Of a stretch of DNA of 64,000 nucleotides, positions 1-12,088 are shown piece after piece. Source of the stretch: Gonapodya sp. JEL0774. Taxonomy: Eukaryota. A program made the translations under genes and the position numbers. Within the stretch, counting starts at the first letter, position 1. Each line of letters opens with the position of its first letter. Where the stretch lies: positions 1 to 64,000 of the forward strand of contig JADIIX010000130.1 of assembly GCA_027604505.1 (NCBI GenBank), in the 5' to 3' direction. Under the pieces are notes generated by a model, which worked only from the letters and a program-made list of their open reading frames with translations, did no database searches and was not told where the DNA came from.

Positions 1-150
1 ACCCATGCTAATGTTGCTGACATTATGACTAAGCCAGTACCAAAGCAGTCTTTTGAGCAACATCAATCATCAATGGGGATGTATTCCATTACTTCATGAG
101 ATAGTGGGAAACTTCACACTGAAGTGTTTGTTTCAGGGGGAAGTGTTGAG
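1..150 (+). mobile_element. 3' end of a Ty1/copia LTR retrotransposon: RNase H C-terminus, polypurine tract and start of the 3' LTR
   Basis: Frame 1 reads THANVADIMTKPVPKQSFEQHQSSMGM, the copia RNase H 'ADIxTK' motif, with a stop at 97-99. Purine tract AGGGGGAAG at 135-143 is immediately followed by TGTTG at 144, a canonical LTR start. Confidence 0.8.
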
Positions 151-469
151 ATATTGGTGGTTTTGACATTTCGGACGGCTCTAGTGCCACGGGGAGTTGA
201 AATTCGGGAATATTTAATGGAGCAAAATCACTTGCCGTAAAAAATTTTCTACAAGTTTGTCCTTTACAGTTTTTTTCTAGCGTGATTGGTTAGTGAGCTG
301 CACTAGGGAACGTGGGTAACTTGGTGCGTACACTTGGGACAGTGCTGTGGCCACAGATGTAGTAGATACGCCTTTTTGGGTGAACGTGTTCGAATAAAAA
401 AATTATACCACTCAACAAAAACTGCAAGGGTGGATATCGTTTGGAGCTACGTACGGGAGAAATGGCTCT

Positions 470-1440
470 TGTAACTCGCCAACCAACAGCCGAAGAAGGA
501 CTCGCATTGGCAGACAATCACTGAAGTTTTCAGCAAGAATTTCTCTGAGGACTACGACGTCAAGCAGATCAGGTCCAAGTATGCATCAATTGGGACTGCC
601 TGGAGAGTGTTCAACAAGTTGAAGATGTGGAAAACAGGGCTAGGATGGCAGGATAACCCGCCAAATGTTGTGATGACTGACGAGCAGTGGACGGAGTGGA
701 TTGGGACAGGGGTGAGTTTATGATCGTATATGAGTTCACGACCAACATCACCAACAACCTACTGGACTTGTCTCTGCCGCCCATCAGACAAACGACAAAT
801 ACAAGTGTCGGCAACTCAAAGGAGTCAAGTGTTTTGCGGGATCATCCGCAGAAGGGAAGAAGTCTCATGTCACCGGCAAACCCCACACCACTCTTAGGAA
901 CTCTGCAAGTCATGAGGAGAGCCCATCAGATGCAGAAAGTGTTGACATCTCTGAGGCAAGTGATGAGGTAGTCCTGGACGAACGTGTGTTTTTTCAACTT
1001 GAATGATGCGGAATGTGTATTCGTTCATCTAATTCTACTTCAAGAGCAAACAGGTCCTGTTGCTCCTGCCAGTGCCACCTCTGTTCCTGTGAAGCAGCTC
1101 GCACCTACATCCCGTCGTGCTTCAACCCCCGCACCTTCCAACAAGCGCCCCTTCACCCCTGATCCAATGGAAGCAGTCCTTCTCAGTGCAACAGTTGTTC
1201 TTGGCAGTATTGCAACGTCCTTCTGAGGTGGGGAATCGTCACAGCCAACCAAAACAGCCTGTGTGAAGAGTGTGCAAGAGGAGGCATTGGAGATTGTGAA
1301 GGCGGATGGTTTCACAGGAATCGAAAGGGTGGCATTGGCGAATTGGTTGACACAAGGGGGGCTGGTGATGGACTGGCAGAAATATTCATAGCTCTTGACG
1401 ACTGTAATACACGTATGTGCTGGTTTGCTGACCAGTGTGA
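470..1440 (+). mobile_element. Degenerate Myb/SANT-like DNA-binding gene of a PIF/Harbinger transposon
   Basis: Manual translation at ~490-650 gives SHWQTITEVFSKNFSEDYDVKQIRSKYASIGTAWRVFNKLKMWKTGLGWQD, a Myb/SANT-like pattern with TGLGW. It converges on a Harbinger transposase and is broken by stops and frameshifts. Confidence 0.65.
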
Positions 1441-1589
1441 GCAATGTGGTCTGTTGGGGGACAGTCGTCGTGTTTTAGCTCCACCAGTAACTACACCTGC
1501 AATGTTTATGCACTCAGGAGAGCAGCACGCTTACTTCTAGGACAGAAATGTCTATTTACAAGAGTAGAAAATAAACTATCACACTCCGA

Positions 1590-2440
1590 CTAAATGTCTT
1601 CAAGTGGGATTTCTCTAGGGTTAGCTAAAAGATAGTCCTGATAGTCTGACCACATTTGCTCTGCAACTCTATCACAGTATGCATTGCATTCCCTTTGCTC
1701 TGCTGCCCCATATGATGGCCTATGAGGCCAAACAGCCTGCTCCTGAATTTGCTTTGCGTGCTGCTTGTCCCATTCAACGTATAAAACATCTTCCCCATCT
1801 TCGTCACTCAGGCTAATATAGTTAGCAAGCACACAGCATGCAACAAAAATGTCAGTTTGTGTGTCTAAGTCATACTCCACAACCTTTTTGAGAATCTGGA
1901 AACGGCTTTTAGTGACACCAAAGACACGCTCGATGGTGATACGCAGGGATGAATGCCGAAGATTGAAGAGTTCTTCTTTATTCTGGGCTCTGTCCCACAT
2001 AGTGCACCTTAGGTTTCAGCTTTCCTCAATCAAAGTGAATAGTAGCATGAGCATTTCACGTTCCAAGCCTTTGCTTTTGCAAACTCCTGTAAATGGTAGT
2101 GGAACGTCTTGTACGGGAGGATCAAGAATCTTGAGGTGCCACAACCTGCATCTGCAAGGTAAACTTTCCCTTGGGGTATGTGAAAACCACCCTAAAGAGC
2201 TACTTGAAAAACTGTTGGGTCCGCTGCAGAGCCTTCCCATCTGGCAAGTACAAACGTGAATCACCCTTGTAAATCGCGTACTGCAAAAGCATTCTGCGAC
2301 AATTGTCCCCGCCGGTTGTGGTAAGAAAGTTGTTGATCGAGGGGAACATGAGCAAAAATATGCACACTGTGCAGTGCCCCCATTACATCTTTGAAATACG
2401 GATATGGATGGGTCAAAGGAACGTGCTCTAAATCACTGGT
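1590..2440 (-). mobile_element. Degenerate PIF/Harbinger DDE transposase (DDE_Tnp_4-like)
   Basis: YFKDVMGALHSVHI...YHNRRGQLSQNAFAV, and NKEELFNLRHSSLRITIERVFGVTKSRFQIL...ACCVLANYI, are typical HARBI1-like motifs. They are split across frames. Confidence 0.85.
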
Positions 2441-4265
2441 GTCGCACCTTCTCCATAAATTAATAATCTTATATGAGAACCAAATTGAAGGCTTCAAAGT
2501 GAAAGTAGTTTATTTTCAGTGATAATGCTGGCAAAATTCTCAAGAGTAATGGGATGGAGCAGTGGCTGGCAGATAGGGTATTCATATTGAGCCATCACCA
2601 CCTCACACTTTATTTAGCTATGGGATTGCAGAACACGCTATACACAGATGTGGAAAACTTACGTAGAGCTCTGATTCTGTCTGGTCTTCCAAACTCTCTT
2701 CGGTATGAACTCTTGGAGACCATCAATTATCTCAGAAATTGTTCTTTCTCATCTCCACAGAAATGTCAGATCCCATGGGAACTAATGATGAAGCATCGTG
2801 TGATTTGGATCACCTCTGTGTACTTGGCTGCAACGCTATGGTGAAGAGCAAATGCGGATCCCGGAACAAGTTACAGGCACAGGGTGGTTGATTCCACAGT
2901 TTACAAATTATGGGATCCAAAAGTGCGTACTATTTGAAAATCTAGTGATGTCAAACTCTGGGAAGCAGCTTCGTTACATTCACAGTACATAGCTCATTCA
3001 GCTCACTCCATCAAGGGGCCACAGCTTCCCCTCGTCTTGAAGACTTTTCCAATTCTACATCTAATTCAGAACCTTTCCAACCTGCCGCTGTTGATGCAGG
3101 CAATCGTGATAGTGGTGATGATGAGGATCCTCCACCAAGAGGGGTCGCTCGGAGTATGAAGCAAGCTCAGGCCCCTTCAGCACCCACAAAGCCAAAGCCT
3201 GTTCCATGAACGCAAACCACCTGATACTCCCACTAAAATTGGAGTTATTGATAAGGCCAAAGGTCCTGTTTATAAACTGCATGGTACTACACTACCTACT
3301 TTTTCCCCACCAGCACCAGTCAAGGCTGGCAATCCTGTTGTTACTGTTACACAGAATAAGAGTGCTAATACTTGTGGACCTGTTATAAAAGTACAATCCT
3401 CACGGAATGTTAAACCTGGTACTCCATTTGTTAAGGTTAAGCCTTCTAACTCTGTTAAAGCCAGTGATCTGGTTGTTAAGATTAAGTCGCCTGCAACTGC
3501 TCCACCTCCCCGCAGGAAACCCACAATGTGGTTGTTGAGAATCCTTCTCCTCCTGCAGGTTTTAAATCTTGTTTACCTCGTCCTGTTACTGTGCCTGCTA
3601 CCGCACCTACAACCACTGTTGATTCTTCTCAGAGCATAGTAGCTGCACCACGTGTTACAGTTCCTGCTGTTCCTATGAAATTCCTCCCAGGGGGAGCTCA
3701 ATTGATGGCGTTGTGATTCAGGGGGAGAGTTCACAGGTTTCAGATGATGTTGTATTTCCAAAAGTTGATTGTCCTGTTGATCAGGGGGAGAGTTTGCAGA
3801 ATGTTGATGCGGATGCAGATCCAGAAGTTACATTACCTGAACTTATCACGGATGATGAAGAGGAGTTAACCGGTTTTCAGAGAGAAGTTTTGGAACAGAG
3901 TTCGGATATTCTCACAGATGCACTTTATAATCCAGCTCCCAACATTAATGTTGTAGATAATCATGAATGGGTTTTGTTGCAGACTCAAGACAAGGTTCCT
4001 ACTCCAAACCATTATAAAGAGGCATTATTTCTGAGCATAAAGAATATTGGAATCGTGCAATGCAGAATGAATTTAACCAGCTAAACAAATTTGATACTTG
4101 GACTCTCGTACCTATTGAATTTGTTCCAAAAGGTCACCTAATATTGCCAGGCAAATGGGTTTTTTCAGCAAAGGGCTTAGACAATGACAAAATTTGGTTG
4201 AAAGCTGGTTGGTGCGCACACAAATTTACTCAAAGGCATGGATTTCATAAGAATTCTATGTTTGA
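2440..4265 (+). mobile_element. Degenerate Ty1/copia pol fragment (integrase core, linker, reverse transcriptase N-terminus)
   Basis: Integrase-like SDNAG...SPPHT...GIAE...LSGLPNSL.YELLETINYLRN, then PNHYKEAL...AMQNEFNQLNKFDTWTLVP...ILPGKWVF..K...KAGWCAHKFTQ (RVT_2 start). The integrase-before-RT order indicates copia. Many frameshifts; truncated near 4265. Confidence 0.85.
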
Positions 4266-5277
4266 GTAGTCACCAACTACAGGAATTGAAAACATCACGC
4301 ACCAAAACAGGCATTGTCTCTTTGTCTGCCTGCACAAGCGTTTGCTGGCACCAACACAGTGGACAGGACAATCCCCAAAAACCTTCACTTTACTACAGTA
4401 CCAGTGTAGCTGCATGTGGGCCCTAAGGTGTTTAAGGGTGCCGTGTGTTTGGGGGCAAGCCCAGAGTACACATTACTGTGGGCACGCAAACATGAGTGCA
4501 CCACCATAATGTGCGGGACAGTGTTACCAAGCTGCTGAAGAGTCTGATACAGGGTAAGAACACCTAAGCGGGGCCAGATTAGAGCAAAACAGATGCAATG
4601 TTGGCTGTACAAACACTTGTTTTCAAATTTTTCCATACATAAGGATATTTGTCTTCTTCATCATCTATGGGTATATGGAAGTGTTTGTCTGCACTTCATT
4701 TCATAACAGCAACAACATTGTACGTTGGACATGTTGAACATCTACGCTGTCCACCAAATGCAGTGCAACTGACCAAGCCGTGTGCTCATCATACTCACTA
4801 TGACCTTGACCTCCGCCCCACAGGCCCAACACCTGACAGTTTGCCTCCAACACATCACCACTCCCACAACCTGCTGCCATTGCCCTTGTTTTCAACGTAT
4901 TATCGGAAGGTGGCTTGGGTCATTCCCTGCTGAAAAGGCCACTCCTGTTGCACATAAAGCAACAGTTGCCGCCCAGATTGGTCCACTGACCCAACTGACT
5001 ACCTTGACCCCATTCCTGTTGCTGTGGAGGGGGTGGGTATGGTGGGTAGAAAAGTGGGCGGTACAGGTTGGCAGTGGTTGGTTCTTCAGTAAGTCGGTAC
5101 ACGTAACCCCTGACCAATAACCCTCAGTGGGTAGCGGTGGAAACTGGGACGTTGCATAAGACTGCATGTCCGACACCTGCTCCTGGAGCTTCTTGCCCAG
5201 CCTCACAACGAAGTAAAAAATCCAACGTGCTTCTGGGCTAGCAGCCCTAAGAAACATTGTCACGTACTTTTCATTGA

Positions 5278-5351
5278 GCTGCCTGCTGTTCATTTGGCTG
5301 TGGGGCGTCAAATGGCTGCCCACTGTTCATTTGGCTGCGGGGTGTCAAATG
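5278..5351. repeat. Two tandem imperfect 37-bp direct repeats
   Basis: gctgcctgctgttcatttggctgtggggcgtcaaatg followed by gctgcccactgttcatttggctgcggggtgtcaaatg. Confidence 0.85.
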
Positions 5352-7291
5352 CACCTGCAACCTCACTGCATCTGCCATGTGCTGTTCTAACTTTGTGGAC
5401 ACTGTGTCTGCAAAGCACACTCCATCCATGGACACCATGGCCCATGTGGGGTTGTCCACCACCCTGTTGCACTTCCTCCCTGAGGGCATCTGTCACCACC
5501 AAGTGTAATACCACCAGAAGAAGCTGTCCAGGTGGTGAACTGGTGGGTGGATGAAGGCCATTGGGTAATGGGTTGGCGCCAACATGCCAGGTTGCTTCGT
5601 GGTTCCCATGCCATGATGAGCAACTCTGTGAGTGCAATTGGGCACCAATCCACTACGTCTGGCCCGTCTGCCACACCACTACGGAGCTGCTCCACCCAAT
5701 CATGGTGGTCCTCCCCAGCCCCTCCATTCATTTTGCTGCTCGGCGGTTTGTATGTGCGCTTCTGGAATGTCGGGAGGTTTAGACAGTTGACCAACCACGA
5801 TTGGTGGTTGGGTTTCTCATTCGCCGGCGCCACACCCGCCTTTTCATTCGCGGTAACTTTTGCATTGCTTGTGCAGGGCCATTTGTACCCCGCTGCCATT
5901 TTTGAGGTCAAACTGCAACTCAAGTACCTCCTGCTTTGCGCTATCTGTCCCACCTCCAACTCTTCCCTCCGCAACGCCAATCTCTCCCTCATATCCGCAA
6001 TGCGAGCCCAAAGAGCCTCGGTTGTCTTGTCTGCCGACGTTCTGCCCGATGCGAGAGCGGCACCCTGAGTCCCGGGAGGTTTGCGTTGCCGAAGGAGATG
6101 CATACCAGAAGAAAACGAGGGCGGAGCATTGTCGGGGAGCTTTCGGGCTTTTGCGGGGATGACAGGTGAGTTGATGGACAAAGAGGGGTGATCGGAAGGC
6201 GGTGGAAGACGATCCGACACGGCCCTCGCTGCCAGACGGTGTATCGGTGTTGGTCTCCTTCACGGTAACTTCCGAACGCTTCCACAAGCAACCACGCTGG
6301 AACTTTGCCCTTTTGTCTTAATATTTGGCCAGCTCGAAGTCGCTGATTGATGTATTCCATGATTAGATTTCTGTGAATTTGCAACTGCACGAATAGGCTG
6401 TACGTGTTTGACTGAACAACGGAGAAGTTCTCTTGCATAACACGGTGTCTTTCAACATATTGAATATTGACAACTTGGCAGTATATCTACTTCTTAGTGA
6501 CCAAATGCGTCTTTCGTGCGATAGTTCCCGAATCCATTGGCTACAACCTGATGGGAGGGGGGCATGTGGGTCTGTCCATTCTTGACCATGAACGTTTCTG
6601 TCGTTCGTCAAACAATTCAATACTCACGTTTGAGGGAGGGTGGATGTTGCGTTCGAACTTACTACCGTTGGGCATGTAGATGTCTGAGTGAGAAGTGGGC
6701 ATTGAATTATGTCCACCGTGGTTGATGAGGGACATCAGCTTCAACGTTCGGATGAGGGCACGATGCCATAGCCATCACAATGCTTACTCGAGTAAGGAAC
6801 GTGGAACTGAGACTCAACCAAGAGGGCTTCACCCTGTGCGACCAATTCCGCGATCTGCTGTGGGCTCTTGACGTTTCTGTTCGCCTCGAACATTTCACGA
6901 ACGATCGCGGACTTTTGGCGGTACTCAGAGATGATGGGGTACCAGTCAAATGTAGTTTTGAGATACCGCCGGTAGAGCTTGAGAACTGGGGGTGTCGAGT
7001 TATGGCGAAGACAGCGGACAGATGGGCAAAAGAGAGGAGGGCCACGAATCCAGATATAGAGCGACTAAGAGCAGAAAATCGACCAGACACAAAGCAAAGA
7101 CATGCCTTGGCGTCTGCTCTCCATGTTGGAGGTGCTCAGAGAAGAGGCAAACTGTTCGGAGTAGCTCTTGTGTTTTAGTGTAAGCTTTGGTCATGATCCC
7201 TTCCTGCGAATACACAGTCACTGAGCTGGGTGCTTTCAGAGACTCCCCCACGAGCTTCCAAGACTGGACAGACGGCACTTGAAGGGATGCA

Positions 7292-10265
7292 ATGAAGGGC
7301 CTCAAGAACAAAGTGCGCACGAGGGTGGTGATGCGCAGATCATCGGAGTCGCTTGATGTAGTTCTCAAGCTAATCTCGCCTTCTTCGTTGCCCCTCTGTC
7401 TTCTGTCCATCGCTCTCCTCAATTGCCACCTATAACCACTTGACGCTGACCGCCCGCAGTTAACTCGCAGCAAGTCGGGTGATCCTAGCACTAAAGAAGA
7501 CAAACCGCTGGATCCGCAATCCTCCACTCAATCGTCCTCTCCCACTGCACCTTTCTCAAAACTCGTCCCTTCCGCCTCAAACCCTCCCAAAGCTGCAGCT
7601 GGCCCAGTACCATCATCAGCCCCTAATTCAAAGACTTCTGCCACTAATTTAACGCCCCAGAGTGGCACCCCCTTTGCTGGTATGTGGGTCGTGGTGTTCC
7701 AACTCCACCCTGGGCCTCTCCACCAGTGAACTTCAAGAACTGATGACGCGTCAAACCTAGACGGCTCAATGAAAGCGGACGGCACAACTTCTGCCATCGG
7801 TCTTGCCACACCTCCGCTCAAGGGTGGCGCCGACTCGGTGAGTGGTAGCGTTCGCAAGGAAACAGCTGAGATGTCATACTGCACGGACACTCAACCTCGC
7901 CATTATCTGGCCGGTGTTCCACAAAAAGGCCATGCCCAAGGACTTGAAGCCACCAGGACACCGTGGTGCCGACCCGAAGGAGGTTCCCAAAAGCGGAACA
8001 TTCGCCCGGTTAAAGAAGGATACCATACCAATAAGCAAGACTCCTCGCCGCCAACGGTCCTCTCGCTTTCACGTCACGGAGAAGGTCGAGCTAGAGAAAC
8101 TTGTATCTTTCAAAGGTGTGCGAGTCCTTCAGTCGCTTTGGTGTTAAATTCCTCTGATTCCCTCCAACCCGCCATCCCGAAGACGTAACACCCGCGGATC
8201 GACAAGACCTTTTCATCAAAAAGATACAACAGTGTCACGTCATTTTTGATTTTACGGATGTTGCGTCTGATTTGAAGGGAAAGGAGGTTAAGCGACAAAC
8301 CCTAACAGAGCTGGTCGAGTTCCTCACGAACAACCGCGGTGTTGTGACGGATCCCGTCTATGCGGAAGTCATTAGTATGGTACGTTTGAGGTTTTGGATG
8401 GAGGTCTGCCGTTTCCGATTCAACGAGCAATCACGGATTCCTGGTTCTGACCGTCAACGCCTCTCAACCGTCTGTCTTTGCAACACCACACCGTGGCAGT
8501 TCTCCATTAATTTATTCCGACCCCTCCCACCCCAAGTAAATCCATCCGGGGATGCCTTTGACCCGGAAGAAGACGAGCCGGTGCTTGAATTCGCGTGGCC
8601 CCACTTGCAAATCGTCTACGAGTTCTTTCTGAGATTTATAGAGCATCCAGATTTCAATACGAACGTTGCGAAAAAGTTTATCGACCAGCATTTCATATTG
8701 CAGGTAGGAGCATTTTGAGGACGTGGAGGGGGCTGGCTGTTGTCGAAACTTGCGACCTCCTATGAGAGAGCGGAGGCTGTCGATTGACCATCCGATTCTT
8801 TGGTAATGCAGCTCCTTGACCTCTTCGACTCAGAGGACCCCCGCGAGCGTGATTTTTTGAAGACCACGCTCCACCGCATTTATGGGAAATTCTTGAACCT
8901 GAGGGCCTTCATTCGGCGCTCAATAAACAACGTTTTTTTCCAGTTTATTTATGAAAGTGAGAAACACAATGGTATTGCGGAGCTTCTGGAGATATTGGGA
9001 AGGTAGCGTGCCGGGTGTTGGGCCTCTGCGTTCTCATATGTGCACCACCTGACGACCTCATTTGTCTTTCAATGCCTCCCAGCATCATTAATGGCTTTGC
9101 GCTTCCCCTCAAAGAAGAACACAAGGTCTTCCTCACCCGTGTCCTTATCCCCCTCCACAAAGCTCGCTCCCTCTCCCTTTATCACCCTCAACTCGCATAT
9201 TGCGTCGTCCAATTTCTTGAGAAAGACCCTACCTTAACCGAAGAGGTTGTGTTGGGTCTACTCCGCTTCTGGCCCAAAGTAAATAGTCCCAAAGAGGTCA
9301 TGTACCTCAACGAAATGGAGGAAATCTTGGACGTGATCGAACCGGCTGAGTTTCAAAAGATCCAAGTGCAGCTATTCCAGCAAATCTCCAAATGTGTAGC
9401 CAGTCCGCACTTTCAGGTTGCGGAGCGGGCCCTGTACTACTGGAACAATGATTATATCATCAATTTGATACAGGACAACGCGACCGTTATTTTGCCAATT
9501 ATGTTCTCATCATTGTACCGGAACTCGAAGACTCACTGGAATCGGTGCGTGGTGAACAATCAGTTTCCGGTAATTGTTGATGCTCACACTCCTCTTGGTC
9601 TGTGGAATACTAGAACAATCCATGGTTTGGTTTATAACGCTCTGAAGCTTTTCATGGAGATCAGCCCAAAGTTGTTTGACGAATGTACTAATAAGTACAA
9701 ACAGGCACGGCAAATGTGGGTAGATATGGTTTGCTAACCGCATCGGCAAGACTGATCTATTGCTATCTCCTCGTTACATCCAAGTGAACGTAAAAAGCTG
9801 AGAGAGAGAGAGGAAATGTGGCTGAGAATGGAGCATTTGGCTGCCCAGAACGCAAAGGGACTGCCGCCGACGATGGCTGTGCGATTGCTGCCATCGACAA
9901 TGGGGCTGAAGGCAACAGGTATGGTGGCATTTCCCGATCTGTCACCACATCTAAACGAATTCTTTTCAAGCTCATGCCTTGGATCCTGCGGATACGCTGG
10001 GTGATGATGTGCGGGGGGGCTATGGCGAGGATGGGGAAAGTTTGGATGTTTTGGAGAAGGAGGTCGAGTCAGGCGAGGTGCGCAGAATATGCTGATTGTG
10101 AACTACCGCGTGCTTGCTCGACAGATCTTGTTATTTTAATAGGTGGAAGTATCCAACACTCCCCAGAGGTTCCGGCGTAAATCCGTTCTGCCAGTTGACG
10201 AAACGGTTTTGTCGGAGCTTTCCCGCCATAAAAGCCTCGAGCAACTCGTAACGACGACCAGCTGA
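7292..10265 (+). CDS. RTS1: Protein phosphatase 2A regulatory subunit B' (B56), multi-exon
   Basis: Start MKGLKNK|LTRSKS. Motifs [62 protein letters not shown] and C-terminal RRKSVLP. Introns are GT-AG. Confidence 0.95.
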
Positions 10266-10470
10266 TTTTCTTGGAAGTAGTAAATAAATTTGAAGAACAT
10301 ACCCTGAATGTATGTAGATAAAAGTTGATGCTTGCCAACGAACCCTGGTGTGCACGTCGCAACTTTTTGACTTCAACAGATTCGCCTTCTCACAATCCCA
10401 TCAGAGGCATCGATTTCGCATGCGAAAATCTCAATCACTAGGCATCACACTAATAGCACGGGATGGTCCC

Positions 10471-11763
10471 ATGATTCGTTTGCGGCTGCAAAGAGTCCAC
10501 CCAACTGAGACATGCCGTCCTCTCCATCCAATCGCAACGCCCCCCCCGCCCGCCGTACCATCGAGCATCGTGCCATCAAGCCCCGCACCTCCTACAAAAT
10601 CCATTAATCTACGTCAAATTCGCTCATTTTCTTCCACGTTAGCGTCGTTTGTTTCCTCCGACATGGAACTCCCTCACCATGGTTCTTCACAGTCATCACC
10701 GACTTTGAACTGGACTCCAGGCCTGCAGGCGTTTGCAGCGCGAGTGAATGTACAGAATTTGGATCCTGCCGCGCTGTACCAGGCTTTGACTCACAAGAGC
10801 TTCACCGGAACTTCGAAGACTCTCTCTCATGGTAGCGACAGAATGCGGCTTCTAGGTTAGTTGCTTTAACTCAGTGACAATTGTATTCGCCTGCCGCTGG
10901 ACTTTGGCTGTTTCTCTGCTTTGTTAAGGGGACAGCGTTCTGCGGAGCACCGTCTTGATTGCACTGTACCGCAAATATCCCGACCTTCCTGCGGACTCTC
11001 TTGAGAGCGTTTTGGAAGCTTATGTGGGCTCCGCTGCGCTTGCAAATGTCGGAAGAGCTCTTGGGATCCCTGGTGTGATGCGATGGAAGGGCACTGAAAG
11101 ATCACTAGGGGTGGAGGACCAAGTTCAGTCGAAGGGAGGAGAATCGTTTGTCGTGAGCCGCGTTCTGCAGGCGATAGTTGGAGCCATTTACTCTGAGAAG
11201 GTGAGTCCGAACACGAGACAAAGACTTCTTCGCATCTGTCAAAGTTGAGATTTTGCACCTTCCCAGGGTTCCGATGTTGCGCAGTCGTTCATTAATGCAC
11301 ACATACTCTCTCGATCCGTAGATGTTTCTGCACATCTTGATCTTAGTGAGCCTAAGCGGACACTGGCGGCCCTTTTGAAGACCCGCGGGAAGGAACCACC
11401 TGTATCGAGGTAAGGATTGTTCTACTCAGCTTTGATCTACAGGTTCAAACTAGTTTGCTTTAGGCTACTGCGAGAAAGCGGTAGAGTCTCAAACAACCCG
11501 CTGTTCATTGTGGGGGTCTATTCAGGTGCGGAAAAGTTGGGAGAAGCTTATGGTGCGTGCGTGCAGGTTTAATTGTCTCGGATCCCTCAAAAACGTATTT
11601 GCTGACATCGCATACATGTACTCCTTCACAGGCACGTCGATAAAAATGGCAGAAACGCGGGTGAGCATATTGCGAGTCTGAATTTCCAACATTTGTTGTT
11701 TGATATATGCTTGGCAAGGCGGCAAAACAAGCACTGATTCAACAGTACGCGAAAGAAAGATAG
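10471..11763 (+). CDS. MRPL3: Mitochondrial ribosomal protein mL44 (RNase III-like + dsRBD), multi-exon
   Basis: QALTHKSF; YPDLP; spliced C-terminus EPKRTLAALLKTRGKEPPVSRLLRESGRVSNNPLFIVGVYSGAEKLGEAYGTSIKMAETRAAKQAL. Confidence 0.85.
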
Positions 11764-12088
11764 ACTGATTGTACTAGTAACCCTTCCTGGATCCCCGAAA
11801 ATTACAAATTGAACCCGAATGTAACCAAATCGGGCGATATTTTGAAGAAGGAATAAGGGACCCGCACCCACCCCATACAATTTATTTCTCGCTCACAGAC
11901 GCCGCCGTCCGATCACTGGATATCTGCTCGCGCACGCACAGTATATTCCTAGCGTCTTCCTGTGCCTGAGGTTTTGTACACCATTTGTTTCTGAAAATGC
12001 CCCAGGATCTCCTTGAGGTTTGTCGCATGAGCGCCTGTGGTGTTCGTATGGTCTGAACACTTGCACACAATTATTTGTTTGCTCTCTA

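Noticed and set aside
6780..7178. 132-aa ORF upstream of PP2A B56
   Set aside because: No recognisable motif or splice structure; probably a chance ORF in the promoter region.
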